DNA of 64,000 bases, taken from NCBI GenBank assembly GCA_002269645.1, contig NIVC01001733.1, positions 180,345 to 244,344 of the forward strand, in the 5' to 3' direction. Each line of letters begins with the position of its first letter. Positions within the stretch are counted from its first letter, which is position 1. Origin of the DNA: Macrostomum lignano. Its lineage: Eukaryota. The notes below the pieces were generated by a model. The model was given only the letters and a program-made list of their open reading frames with translations, was not told where the DNA came from and made no database searches. Below, piece after piece: positions 1 to 12,559 of the stretch. Made by a program: the position numbers and the translations under genes.

Positions 1-42
1 AGACAGACAGACAGACAGACAGACAGACATACAGACAGACAT

Positions 43-97
<55 letters not shown>

Positions 98-102
98 GGC
101 AG
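1..102 (+). repeat. (GACA)n microsatellite
   Basis: Direct reading of the sequence. Confidence 0.95.
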
Positions 103-594
103 ACGACAGTAATTCGTTAATGGCTTCCCCACTGTAAAATACACTTATCTCGGCCTTGTCAGCTCAAATCTCTCGGCCTGAGGAGGAGGAGTTCTGAGCT
201 GCCCGACATGCTAAGATTTTCGGAGGCGGACACGAGCCGGGCGGAGCTTTGAGTCCGGCCAGCTCATCATAAAATAGTCCCAAGGGGCCGGTGGACGGTG
301 GTTACTTGCACAGTTGGGGAGAAGTATGAAAGAGAGGTGTCCGGACTGATGGACGGGCTCTTAGAAACTGCAGCACATTTAGAGTGGTGACTCGCTGGTT
401 GAGGCTGAGGTGCGGCACAAAGCGGCAGTCTCAGTTTTATGACACCATTTTCCTGCATATTGCTGCTCAGGTTTCAGTAGGAGAATGCCAGCCTGCCCAG
501 CGAAACTCCTGGTCGCTGTCGCAAAAACAAGGGAGACATTCCACCCGCAGCCACCCAGGAGGCCAGCAGGCAGGCCCAATCCACGGACCGCGGA

Positions 595-1240
595 GAGGGA
601 GACAGTAGATCGGAGAGGGAGACAGTAGAGGGGAAAGGGAGACAGTAGATGGGAGAGGGAGACAGTAGAGGGGAAGGGAGACAGTAGATGGGAGAGGGAG
701 ACAGTAGAGAGGAAAGGGAGACAGTAGAGAGGAAAGGGAGACAGTAGAGAGGAAAGGGAGACAGTAGAGAGGAAAGGGAGACAGTAGAGAGGAAAGGGAG
801 ACAGTAGAGAGGAAATGGAGACAGTAGATGGGAGAGGGAGACAGTAGAGAGGAAAGGGAGACAGTAGATGGGAGAGGGAGACAGTAGAGAGGAAAGGGAG
901 ACAATAGAGAGGAAAGGGAGACAGTAGAGAGGAAAGGGAGACAGTAGAGAGGAAATGGAGACAGTAGAGAGGAAAGGGAGACAGTAGTTGGGAGAGGGAG
1001 CCAGAGAGAGGAAAGGGAGACAGTAGAGAGGAAAAGGGAGACAGTAGAGAGGAAAGGGAGACAGTAGAGAGGAAAGGGAGACAGTAGAGAGGAAAGGGAG
1101 ACAGTAGGGGGAAGAGGGAGACAGTAGAGAGGAAAGGGAGACAGTAGATGGGAGAGGGAGACAGTAGATGGTAGGGGGAGACAGTAGAGAGGAAAGAGAG
1201 ACAGTAGATAGGACGGTAGAGGGGAGACGGAGACAATAGA
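595..1240 (+). repeat. ~20-bp purine-rich minisatellite (gagacagtagagaggaaagg) in an ion-channel intron
   Basis: About 30 tandem copies; explains the spurious low-complexity ORFs at 379-1384. Confidence 0.95.
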
Positions 1241-1321
1241 GAGGAGAGCCCGAGACTGCACGAGCATAGAGGGGAGAGAGAGTAGATAAAAGAGTAAGTT
1301 AAGAGAGAAGCGAATCCTCAC

Positions 1322-1793
1322 CATTGATCGCTCATTCACGCCGCTAATGGAGTGAACCATGGTGCTGACCTCCACTTTGACCACTGTGCCTGAAACGGTG
1401 CATATCAGATAATGGGGGGTGCCTGGTCACTTTCTGTTGTGGGCTGGCAGCTGTAAGGCACCGCAGGCGCTCACCGGTGTACATTGACGGCGGCAGCGAC
1501 TTGTCATAGTTTTCAAATATTTTGGCTACAAAGTCGCGCATGGTCTCATTGTTGTGGCCGATCCTGTGGAGAGGGAGAGAGGTAGAGTCAAATAATTAGC
1601 AGTGATAGTCAGCAGCAGTGAGAGTCAGCAGCACTGAGAGTCAGCAGCACTGAGAGTCAGCAGAACTGAGAGTCAGCAGCACTGACGCAGTCCATCACCT
1701 GATCTCTGTCTCGGCCCCAGAGGTCAGAAGCGATGCGGCGGCCAACCCACAGCAGATCAGCGCTGCCGCTGTGCAGCCTCCGCAAAGCTTCAT
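1322..1793 (-). CDS. Cys-loop ligand-gated ion channel subunit (GlyR/GABA/GluCl-like), first three coding exons; the rest was not found in this window
   Basis: Exons 1793-1699 (signal peptide MKLCGGCTAAALICCGLAAASLL), 1563-1475 (RDFVAKIFENYDKSLPP) and 1389-1322 (VVKVEVSTMVHSISGVNERSM). GT-AG junctions are in phase. The phase-0 intron after the terminal Met matches the family's N-terminal motif and intron position. Confidence 0.75.
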
Positions 1794-2399
1794 CACTGCT
1801 CCCAATGAAGCGAGCTCGGAACCTTGGGATAAGGAATTGAGTGATTCTTTCCTCCGGAAGCCTTTTTCAACAGAAATCTGACTGATTCTGATTGGATGCG
1901 ATGAGTTTCTCAATTTAATTCAGCTTTAAATCAATGTAAATATTCTTCAAATCAAATATTTTCGTTATTTTCTACTGACAGTAGCAGGCAAAGCTGCGAT
2001 TTCATTTTTCGAATATCGCTGAGTTTCCTCTCGGAGTGCGTCTGAACCTGAGGCCTGCAGCACTGAGTCACTTCAATTCTGTGGGACTTTACTTTAGGAC
2101 TATTCGCTATGAGTAGCTGATGGTGTTCTGTTTACTCTGATAAGCTGACACAAACCTCACCTGCTGTCAATCAAGTGTAATTAAAAAATCAGACATTTCT
2201 GTGCTTTGGTACGATGCAGTTTGCACAGGCAGGCGGAGCTCTCGGAGAGATATGAATTTCTCGGAGAGATATGAATTTCTCGGAGAGATATGAATTTCAA
2301 CGGTTTTGGAGCCTTCATCATGCAGGACAGAGGAGCTTCATGAGTAGACAGACTTGCCTCATTTATTTCTATGGCTTCAGTTATACGAACAGTCAGACA

Positions 2400-3060
2400 T
2401 TCATAGACACAGGCACAGACACAGACACAGGCACAGGCACAGGCACAGACACAGTGACAGACACAGACACAGCCACAGACGCAGCCACAGATGCAGACAC
2501 AGCCACAGACACAGACGCAGACACAGACACAGTCACAGACACAGTGACAGACACAGACACAGACCAAGCCAAAGACAGCCACAGACAAAGCCACAGACAC
2601 AGTCACAGACACAGCCACAGACACAGCCACAGACACAGTCACAGACACAGCCACAGACACAGCCACAGACACAGACACAGTGACAGACACAGACACAGCC
2701 AAAGACACAGTGACAGACACAGACACAGACACAGACACAGCCACAGACACAGACACAGTGACAGACACAGACACAGACACAGACACAGACACAGCCACAG
2801 ACACAGACGCAGACACAGACACAGACACAGTGACAGACACAGGCACAGCCACAGACACAGTGACAGACACAGACACAGCCACAGACACAGCCACAGACAC
2901 AGCCACAGATACAGACACAGTCACAGACACAGCCACAGACACAAACACAGCCACAGCCACAGACACAGACACAGCCACAGACACAAACACAGCCACAGAC
3001 ACAGACGCAGACACAGACACATTCACAGACACAGCCACAGACACAGCCACAGATACAGTA
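2400..3060 (+). repeat. Compound (GACACA/GCCACA)n microsatellite
   Basis: Direct reading. Confidence 0.95.
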
Positions 3061-3534
3061 ATTTGCAGCCGACCCCAATAGAAAACTCAGGGTCTACTCA
3101 AACTAGTTGAACTCTGAACGAGTCTCTGCAGAAAACTGCATGTCTCTGAACGAGTCTCTGTAGAAAACTACATGTCTCACTTTCTTTCCATTTCCGAAGA
3201 GCCATTGTTTTTCTGTTGGCCGCGCAAAGTCGCTCCCCACGATTCCCTCGCGTCTCTCAATCAAAATCAGAAGCAGATTTAAGGTAGAAAAGCAGAGAAG
3301 CTTGCAAGCTTACAAAGCAAGTCACTGTTTAGAGAATAAACTCCAACAGCCATTAACTGAGCTGCAAAGTTCGGGGCGCAAAACAGAATTTGCATTCAGT
3401 AGTTCTCTCCATCCATTCAAGAACCCCTTCTGGTTGTCAAGGCAACCAGAAATCCTTCTGGAATAAAATTCTCCGCTTCTGTGTTCCGGCAGACTCGATC
3501 GACAGGTAAACTGAGGCTCACCAGAGGCTCTTCG

Positions 3535-3712
3535 CCATAAGCTCACCTGAAGCTCATCTGAAGCTCACCTGTAGCTCATCTGAAGCTCACCTGAAGCTCA
3601 TCTGAAGCTCACCTGTAGCTCATCTGAAGCTCACCTGAAGCTCATCTGAAGCTCACCTGTAGCTCATCTGAAGCTCACCTGAAGCTCATCTGAAGCTCAT
3701 CTTAAACACACC
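3535..3712 (+). repeat. 11-bp tandem repeat (tgaagctcacc/tgaagctcatc)
   Basis: Direct reading. Confidence 0.9.
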
Positions 3713-3737
3713 TGAAGCATTTCTACCAAAAGAGAGC

Positions 3738-4766
3738 ATGATCGAGCGTTGTTTCTTTTGCGTCCTGCTGATTTGCTGCATCTGTAAGCTGGAATTTCTA
3801 AGTCCTATTTTTCATGCAATATTTATTCCACCTGTCCTTAGAGTCCTTGAGCAGCTGAGCAATTTTGCTCAAGTCCATCTTGCAGAAGTAAGCCCAAAGT
3901 GTTCACATGTCCGATTTTGCAGCTTCCGCGGCCGCCGAAGGCACGCCGCCCGTCACCATCGAGGTGGTCGCCAGCTCCGAGTCCGCGGTGCTAATCAACT
4001 CGTCGCTGAGCAGCTCCGTTCTGGATGAGTTCGGCGCCAGGTCGGACATCGAGTGCGCGGTCCGCTGCCGGGCCAGAGGCTGCTCCGCGGCCCGCCTGAG
4101 CGACTCCGGGCGGCTCTGCCAGCTGCTGCTGCTGCACGACGCCTCAATGGCGGCGGGGCCGCCCGGCACCCATGTGGAGCGACAGTTCGGCGGCGGCGCT
4201 GACCCCGACAGCCGGATGTGGCTGGCGGTGGACTTCCAGCAGCAGCTGTGGGACAGAAGGCGGAGGTTCTACATGTTTAACAGTGAGCTTCTGAGGGAGT
4301 AGTGACGAGTTTGAGTGATTGATTGATTGATGGATTGATTGATGGATTGATTGATTGATTTATTGGTTGGTTGGTTGGTTGGTTGATTGATTGGTTGATG
4401 GATTGATTGATTGATTTATTGGTTGGTTGGTTGGTTGATTGATTGATTGGTTGATGGATTGATTGATTGATTTATTGATTGGTTGGTTGGTTGATTGATT
4501 GATTGATTTATTGGTTGGTTGGTTGGTTGATTGATTGGTTGATGGATTGATTGATTGATTTATTGGTTGGTTGGCTGGTTAATTGATTGGTTGATTGATT
4601 GATTGATTTATTTATTGGTTGGTTGGCTGGTTGATTGATTGATTGATGGATTGATTGATTGATTTATTGGTTGGTTGGTTGGTTGATTGATTGGTTGATG
4701 GATTGATTGATTGATTTATTGGTTGTTTGGCTGGTTGATTGATTGGTTGATGGATTGATTGATTGG

Positions 4767-4806
<40 letters not shown>

Positions 4807-7046
4807 CTGATTGATTGACTGATTGACAAGCGAGAATCCTCCACCCGCCGCGCTCAGACAGTCTGAGCGGCAGGCTGGGTTCTGTGCAGACTCAACGGAT
4901 CGACATTTCCGGCTGCTACCGGGTGACGGCACTCGGCGCGCGGGGCGGTGCCACCCACCCCGACCTGTCGCCCGTTTATCCGGGCGGCCTGGGCGCCCGC
5001 GTGGTCGGCAGCTTCAGCCTGGCTGCCGGCATGGAGCTGTCAGTCGTTGTCGGCCAAGCGGGAGGCGACGCCACGCAGCCGATGGTCAACGCAGCTTCCG
5101 GCGGCGGCGGCGGGAGCTTCGTGTACCGGACGGCCGACGGCGAGCTGCTGCTGGCGGCCGGTGGCGGCGGCGGCGGCGGCAGCAAAGGCGGGCCAGGTCT
5201 GCCTGAGCCTTTTGTCGGGTTGTTTGCTGGGGCTGCGGGCGCTGCCGCCATGGACAGAGACACAGTCACAGACACAGACACAGACAGTCACAGACACAGT
5301 CACAGACACAGACACAGACAGTCAAAGACACAGCCACAGACAGTCACAGACACAGACACAGACAGTCACAGACACAGTCACAGACAGTCACAGACACAGA
5401 CACAGACAGTCACAGACACAGCCACAGACACAGCCGCAGACACAGACACAGACACAGAAACAGACACAGACACAGTCACGGACACAGACACAGACACAGA
5501 CACAGTCACTGACACAGACACAGACACTGCCACAGCCACAGATACAGACACAGCCATGAAGACAGACACAGATACAGTCACAAACACAGACACAGCCACA
5601 GTCACACATACAGACACAGTCATAGACACAGACACAGACACAGTCACAGACACAGCCACAGCCACAGACACAGACACAGACACAGACACAGACACAGTCA
5701 CAGACACAGACACAGACACAGACAGCCACAGACTCAGTAGCTCAGCGTTAAAACAGTCAAACTCTCGCCTCACAACCCCTGGTTCACAGCCAATCAGACT
5801 GCACATGCCTGACGATTAGCAATCAGTGCCACTGTACACCCTGTGTGAGCGTGTGCCATCGTACGTGTTAACTTTTAAGAAGCGCGTCTTGCCACAGAGG
5901 GCGCAAAGTACTTTCGCGACGTCAACCCCCCCCGCCGGCAGGAATCCCAGGCCAGGCGGGCCCGAACGGCGCGGACTCGTTGCCCGTCAGCGCCTCCTAC
6001 ACCGGCTTCGGCGGCAGCGGCGGCCAGCCGGGCTTCACGGACACCAGCCGGGGTAATTATCACGGCGGCCCGGGCGCCGGCTGGCTGGGCCGCGGCAACA
6101 TGACTAGGAAGTCGATTAACCACGGCGACAGGTGAGATGGAGGCATCATGGCGCACGGGTTTCCCCTTCAACAGTGTCACAGAATGCCGGCATTTCCTGA
6201 AATGCCTTATCGAAGGCGTCAGATAAGGCTGGATATCCCTTCATCATTCTCAGGAGGCTGGATATTCCTCATTATTCTCAGGAGGCTGGATATCCCTCAT
6301 CATTCTCAGGAGGCTGGATATCCCTTCATCATAGTCAGGAGGCTGGAATTCCCTTCATCATTGTCAGGAGGCTGGATTTCCCTTCATCAATGTTTGAAGG
6401 CTGGATATCCCTTCATCATTGTTTGGAGGCTGGAATTCCCTTCATCATAGTCAGGAGGCTGGAATTCCCTTCATCATAGTCAGGAGGCTGGAACTCCCTT
6501 CATCATTGTCAGGAGGCTGGATTTCCCTTCATCATAGTCAGGAGGCTGGAATTCCCTTCATCATTGTCAGGAGGCTGGATATCCCTTCATCATTGTCAGG
6601 AGGCTGGATTTCCCTTCATCATAGTCAGGAGGCTGGATTTCCCTTCATCATAGTCAGGAGGCTGGAATTCCCTTCATCATTGTCAGGAGGCTGGATTTCC
6701 CTTCATCAGTATTAGGAGGTTTGAAATTCCTATTCATCAATGCGCATCTTCGCGGACCCGCAGAGGCGGCGGTCTCGCCGAAGGCTGGGTCGGCGGCGTC
6801 GCCGGCTCGAAGAACTCCGGTGCCGTCGGCGGCTTCGGCGGGGGCGGAGGCGGCTCGCAGTCGAACGGCGCCAGCGGCGGCGGCGGCGGCTTCAGCGGCG
6901 GCGGAGCCGGGCTGTACTTTGGCTACACCGGCGGCGGCGGCGGCTCCTTTTGCGGCGGCGGCGGGTGCGCCAGCCAGACGGGCGGCAACGCGGACAGCGA
7001 CCAGGGCTCGGTGGTCTTTGAGCTCAGGGGCCTGGGCGCCTGCTGA
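3738..7046 (+). CDS. Secreted PAN/apple-like + ALK/LTK-type glycine-rich domain protein, with no TM segment or kinase
   Basis: Exons: 3738-3783 (MIERCFFCVLLICCI); 3923-4282 (SDIECAVRCRARGCSAARLSDSGRLCQLL, PAN-like); ~4858-5196 (YRVTALGARGG..GLGARVVGSFSL..VVVGQAGG..GGGGGSFV..LLLAAGGGGG); 5942-6131 (GQAGPNG..GGPGAGWLG); 6764-7046 (GGFGGGGG..GGGGGFSGG..GGGGGSF..GN..GSVVFEL, stop). All phases are compatible. The exon 3 acceptor could be at 4831 or 4858. Confidence 0.8.
4315..4826 (+). repeat. (GATT/GGTT)n microsatellite, intronic
   Basis: Direct reading. Confidence 0.95.
5255..5730 (+). repeat. (GACACA)n compound microsatellite, intronic
   Basis: Direct reading. Confidence 0.95.
6225..6720 (+). 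repeat. ~29-bp minisatellite (aggaggctggatttcccttcatcattgtc), intronic
   Basis: About 17 degenerate copies. Confidence 0.9.
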
Positions 7047-7429
7047 AGTGCAAGAGGGACGCTGCGGCCAACCGGCTGATCCTCCTGTGAGCTGCGCTGC
7101 AAATTCATTGGCGAGATTGGGGCAGCTTCAGTTTTTTGCACCAAATTTACAAGGGAGATCTCAGAATGTTTGCTATCTTACATGAAGAGAATCCCGTTCA
7201 TAAAAATAAACTGAAAAAACAGGAACAGCTGACATTTTCCCGAAACTTTGCATTCTTATTTGTCTCCGGAAGTAGGTTTTTTTAAAGCTTAAGAAATTGT
7301 GCTGGAACAAAACACTGAGCTCTACTTGCTTCACTTTCAATTTTTTATTCTAGTAGCTGAGATATTGACTATTAAATTTTTAGAAACAGAAAGATTCCGG
7401 CCTATCAGCTCCTAACGGCCTTATTTATT

Positions 7430-7900
7430 CTCCTTCATCAGTGTCAGGAGGAAGCTGGAATTCCCCTTCATCAGTGTCAGGAGGATACTGGAATTCCCCT
7501 TCATCAGTGTCAGTAGGAGGCTGGAATTGTCCTTCATCAGTGTCAGCAGGAGGCTCGAATTCCCTTTTATCAATGTCAGGAGGCCATGGAACTCCTCTTC
7601 ATCAATGTCAGGAGGAGGCTCGAATTCCTCTTCATCAATTTCAGGAGGCTGGAATTCCCTTTCATCAATGTCAGGAGGCTGGAATTCCCTTTCATCAATG
7701 TCAGGAGGTTGGAACTCCTCTTCATCAATGTCAGGAGGAGGCTCGAATTCCTCTTCATCAATGTCAGGAGGAGGCTCGAATTCCTCTTCATCAATGTCAG
7801 GAGGAGGCTCGAATTCCCCTTCATCAATGTCAGGAAGAGGCTAGAATTTTCTTTTATCAGTGTCAGTTGGAGGCTGGAGTTGTCCTTCATCATTCATCCG
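7430..7900 (+). repeat. Minisatellite of the same family as 6225-6720, intergenic
   Basis: Shares the aggaggctggaattcccttcatca core. Confidence 0.9.
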
Positions 7901-8127
7901 TCAGGTTTTCTATGACATCCATAGGATAAATTTCGCATATAACTACTATCTAATAGTCAGCAGAGGTCTTGATTAAGTTTTAAAACCGTTTTGTTTCAGT
8001 CAGAGTTTTGCATTTCAAAACAGCACGCACGCCTGTATCACTTCTCCTGTCATGATCCAGCAATTTACGCGCAATACAGAATGCATCCATTGAGCAGTGC
8101 TCGGCCTCCCCAGACCCTCAGAGTTCC

Positions 8128-10043
8128 TCAGCTTTCATCACGGTCCACTTGAGCCAGCGCCATGAGCTCTTGGCTGCTCAAAAACATTTCCTCATCCAGT
8201 AACTCAACTCTCTCCCCTGTTGCTGGGCGCGCTCGGCCGGAACTGAAAAACTCGTCATTGAGCACGACTCGGAGCTGCGGGGGACGGCTGGTTGTGTAAA
8301 TCCGCATGTGCTTATAGACCGTATGGAAGAAAGGCGGAGCAGTCTGTCTGTATGAAGGGTCAAAGTTTCAGAGTTTGTGTCAATAGAGTTGGAAGCTGTG
8401 TTTCAGGGTTTCAGAGAAGTAGAGTACTGTCCATAGTAAAGTACAGTAAATTTGTGTCCATAGTAAAGTACAGTAAATTTGTGTCCATAGTAAAGTACAG
8501 TAAATTTGTGTCCACAGTAAAGTTCAGTAAATTTGTGTCCATAGTAAAGTACAGTAAATTTGTGTCCATAGTAAAGTACAGTAAATTTGTGTCCACAGTT
8601 AAGTAGAGTAAAGTTGTGTCCACAGTAAAGTACAGTAAATTTGTGTCCACAGTTAAGTAGAGTAAAGTTGTGTCCACAGTAAAGTACAGTAGAGTTATGT
8701 GTCCACAGTAAAGTACAGTAGTTATGTGTCCATAGTAAAGTACAGTAAAGTTGTGTCCACAGTAAAGCACAGTCCACAGTCAAGTACAGTCAAGTATCTC
8801 TGTCCACTGTAAAGTTGTGTCCACAGTAAAGTTATGTGTCCAAAGTTAAGTAATTTGTGTCAGCAGTAAAGTACATGTAACCTGTGTACAATAAAGTACA
8901 GTAATGTTATGTCTACAGTAAAGTACCCGTGTCCACAATAAAGTACAGTATCCACAGTAAAGTTGTGTCCACAGTAAAGTAATTTGTGTCCACAGTAAAG
9001 TACCTGTGTCCACAGTAAAGTACAGTATCCACAGTAAAGTACAGTAATATGTCCACAGTAAAGTTGTGTCCACAGTAAAGTAATTTGTGTCCACAGTAAA
9101 GTACCTGCGTCCGCCACAGTACAAAGCCGGCATAAAATCGTTCAAAAGCGCATCAAAGGAGCGGTCAGGCGCAGGCAAAGGCCCGAGCCGCTCCCTACCC
9201 CTTCCAACTTCCATCCGTTGCCATTGGTTACGGGGGACGCTATAAGCGATAATTAAAGGACTCGCAGCACTGTGTGGCCCAGCGGCTGCCGGGAGAAACT
9301 CAGCCGGCGGGAGAGCAAGCTGAGTCAAAAGGAAAGAAAGAATTGAAGGAGGGAAGCGCAGAGGCACGGGGGGGGGGGCAGGATCGGGTGTCAGTTACGC
9401 CCAGCTTCTGCCCTTCATCCACCTCCGCGTATGCATGAATGCCGGCGTGCTGCTCAAACTCAGGCCCTTTCAGTCTTGCGGTCTGGGATGCTGGGCCGGA
9501 CTGTACTTGACTGGCAGGGAATCGCAAATTCAAAACTGCTTTTAGGGGCGTTGGGGAAGGGGGTTAGGGTCGCGCACCGCTCTCTCTCTCTCTCCTGCTT
9601 TCCCTGCCTGCGGCCTCCTCTGCTGCTACGTGCTTCTCGCTGACGCCGGCCTCCACCTTCTCTCCTTTCTCCTCCTCTCATCTTCTCTCCCATCTTTTCT
9701 TTCCCATTTCTCGTGGCTCATGTCTGAACTCTCATCTTCAATGTCTTATGTCTCTTGAGTCTTATCTCTTTTATAATCTCTCCTCTTCCATCTCCCCTCT
9801 TCGATCCTCTCTCATCTCTCATCTCTCATCTCCCCTCTCTCCTCCTTCATCTCTCTTCTATCATCTCTACTCTATCATCTTTATCCTCTCTCCTCTCTCA
9901 TATCCCCTCCCTTATTTCTCCTCTCATCTCTCTTTGCAGAAAAAAATGCAGTCGCAAAAATTCGCAGAAGGCCAACAGAAAATTTTGAATAAGAATCTGC
10001 AAGCCGAAAAGCTAAAAAAGTCAATAAAAAAGGTTACCTGCAT
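8128..10043 (-). CDS. Putative multi-exon gene of unknown function
   Basis: Terminal exon 8347-8128 (QTAPPFFHTVYKHMRIYTTSRPPQLRVVLNDEFF..DRDES*) joins in phase to an exon ending at 9105 (..RSFDALLNDFMPALYCGGR). Upstream exons near 9319 and 9510-9400 and ATG CAG/gtaacc at 10043 are tentative. No family recognised. Confidence 0.45.
8420..9100 (+). repeat. Minisatellite (gtccacagtaaagtacagtaaatttgt variants), intronic
   Basis: Direct reading. Confidence 0.9.
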
Positions 10044-10834
10044 TTATTGCATTGAAACACAGTGGAATTTCGGTGTCTAACTAAGCTAAACAAAAACTTG
10101 CAATCCGCGAACGGGGGATCACGTGATCGCGCGAGTTCCGTGCGAGTTGTGCAGCTGCAGATCACGTGACTGCAAATGGCAATAAAAGCGCCGCAATAAC
10201 CTGGACTCCTGTAGCGCAGGCGCGCAGCGATCAATAAACAAGTCGAGTGACAAAAATGGTTAAAAACAGTGAATAAAACAATCGGTGAAACACTTGAGAT
10301 TATTTGAAGAAATAGTGACTCAATAAGAAGTGTTTAAACAAAAAAGCTATCGACTTAAACAAAGTGCAAAGTGCAAAAATGGAATGCTCAGGCGGCTGAG
10401 TTATTGATTTTTTTGTTAGTCTAAAATGAAATATTGAAAATCACAAGTACTTATTAGTATCGAATGCAGAGCTGCTGAGTCTATAGAAAATCTATTACAA
10501 ACCTTGTCAGTTTGTGAAGCGCCCAGAGGCACCCTGCCAGGTTAATGAAATTCTCAGATCGAGTCTCCCACTGCTAGGGGATTAAAAGGCCGATATGGGA
10601 ATTTTTCCAATAGGATATTAGCGGCTCAAGCATAGGGAAATCTCAATACTTGAGCACGAAAAAGCAATTTCTAAAAATAATGAACTATTGGACACCGAAG
10701 CATGTCAGTGCGGTGCAAAACATAATGGCAATATTTTATCAATGCCCTTTCTTGAATAATTGTTTCAATAAGCTTCAGGCCTCGGAGGTTTGGGCTTCAA
10801 GCGAATTAAAGATTAAAATTTACGCTTGGGAGGA

Positions 10835-11170
10835 AATTGGGGGCTCGAATTTGGGAGGACATTGGGGGGGTCAAATTTGGGAGGACGTTGGGGGCTCAAA
10901 TTTGGAAGGACATTGGGGGGTCAAATTTGGGAGGACGTTGGGGGTCAAACTTGTCAGGACGTTGGGGGGGCAAATTTGGGAGGACGTTGGGGGGGTCAAA
11001 TTTGGGAGGACGTTGGGGGGGGTCAAATTTGGGAGGACATTGGGGGGGTCAAATTTGGGAGGACATTGGGGGGGTCAAATTTGGAGGACATGGGGGTCAA
11101 ATTTGGGAAGGTATTGGGAGGTCAAATCGGGAGTGGAAGTTCGGGGGTCGAGTTGGAAATGACATTGGGG
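10835..11170 (+). repeat. G-rich ~25-bp minisatellite (tttgggaggacgttggggggtcaaa)
   Basis: Direct reading. Confidence 0.9.
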
Positions 11171-11206
11171 ATCAACTTAGAGCTTAGGAGAGGACATCGG
11201 GGGTCA

Positions 11207-12559
11207 TCAATCGGAGCGTTTCTTCCCGCAGCCACCGCCGCCGCCTGCGGCCGCCAGCCGCCGCACCCGCAGGCTGTAGCGCAGGACGATGCCGCAGGCG
11301 CAGGCGGCCACCAGGCCGGCGCTGACCAGCATGGGCAGCCAGGGAGGCGGCGAGGTCAGCAACGGCCGACGATCCCGAAGGTCGAAGCGCAGCGCGGCGA
11401 TCTGGTCGGCGGTGCCCATGCAGCCGGCCAGGTGGAACAGCTGGTGCGAGTGCCCGACGATGTCGAATGCGCCGGGCCAGAGGCGCTCCGGCAGGTGCGT
11501 CAGGTAGAGGAAGGCCATCGCCAGCACCAGCCACAGCTGGCGGCGCCAGTGCGGCAGCGACGCCTCGTCGGAGTTGGCGGCCGCAGCGGCCAGGCGGGCG
11601 AGCACCGGCAGGTTGGCGATGAGGCAGGCGAGCACGAAACCCGACAGGCGAAGCACCTGCCGGCTCAGGGATCTGGGGGGATATTTTTGGGATTATATCT
11701 TGTAAAGTGTTGGCTATTCGGTACAGGTGGGATCTCGGTTCTTACGGATGGGATCTCGGTTCTTTGGGATGGGATCTCGATTCTTACGGATGGGATCTCC
11801 GTTCTTAGGGATGGGATATCGGTTGTTACGGATGGGATATTGATTCTTACGGACGGGATCTCAACTCTTTTTGATGGGATCTTGATTCTTTTTGATGGTA
11901 TCTTGATTCTTTTTGATGGGATCTTGATTCTTTTTGATGGGATCTTGATTCTTACGGATTGGAGGTTGGTGATTACAGGTGGGAGTTTGATATCTAAGAG
12001 CTGAATTTGATGTCGGAGCTCTCAAATTCGGAGCGCACCTGGGCATGAACCTGGTCCGACAGGAGGTCCAGACTCCCCAGATGGCGGTGGCGGTGGAGGC
12101 GGCCAGAAGCAGCAGCTGAGACGCGGGCGCCATCATGTGGCCGGGCAGAGAGTAGGCCGAATAGGCGCAGGTGGCGCAGTGCCCGTAGAAGGCGATGGCC
12201 GCGTAATCAATGAAGAAGCAAACGTCCCGGGCCTCCCTGGACAGCACGTTGAACATGTGCGCCAGCGCGGAGGCCAGCGGGTACAGCACCGAGGCGAGCA
12301 GGAAGAGGTACAGCGGCCAGACGGCCGGGTCCGAGACGCCGAACTCGCTGACGGCGCCGACGGCCATGGACAGGAAGGCCAGCGAGCCCAGCAGGTGGCT
12401 CCAGACATTGAGGGTCTCGTTATTCCAGCTGAAGATGCTGCGGACGCACTGCGCCACCGAGCTGACTGGCCGGTAGCCCGATAGGATGAAGACCTCCTTG
12501 AAGTGGCCCGGCACCTCGTGGTGGCGCAGGACGGCTGGCTTCAAGTAGGCGGCCTGCAT
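11207..12559 (-). CDS. PAQR: Progestin and adipoQ receptor family protein (membrane progestin receptor-like)
   Basis: Exons 12559-12039 and 11672-11207 with a phase-2 junction. Motifs: [49 protein letters not shown]. Confidence 0.92.
11735..11965 (+). repeat. 21-bp minisatellite in the PAQR intron (gatgggatctcgattcttacg)
   Basis: Direct reading. Confidence 0.85.

Noticed and set aside
220-300. DYFMMSWPDSKLR (minus strand) as the next ion-channel exon
   Set aside because: No AG acceptor at the required phase-0 position, and a stop follows shortly
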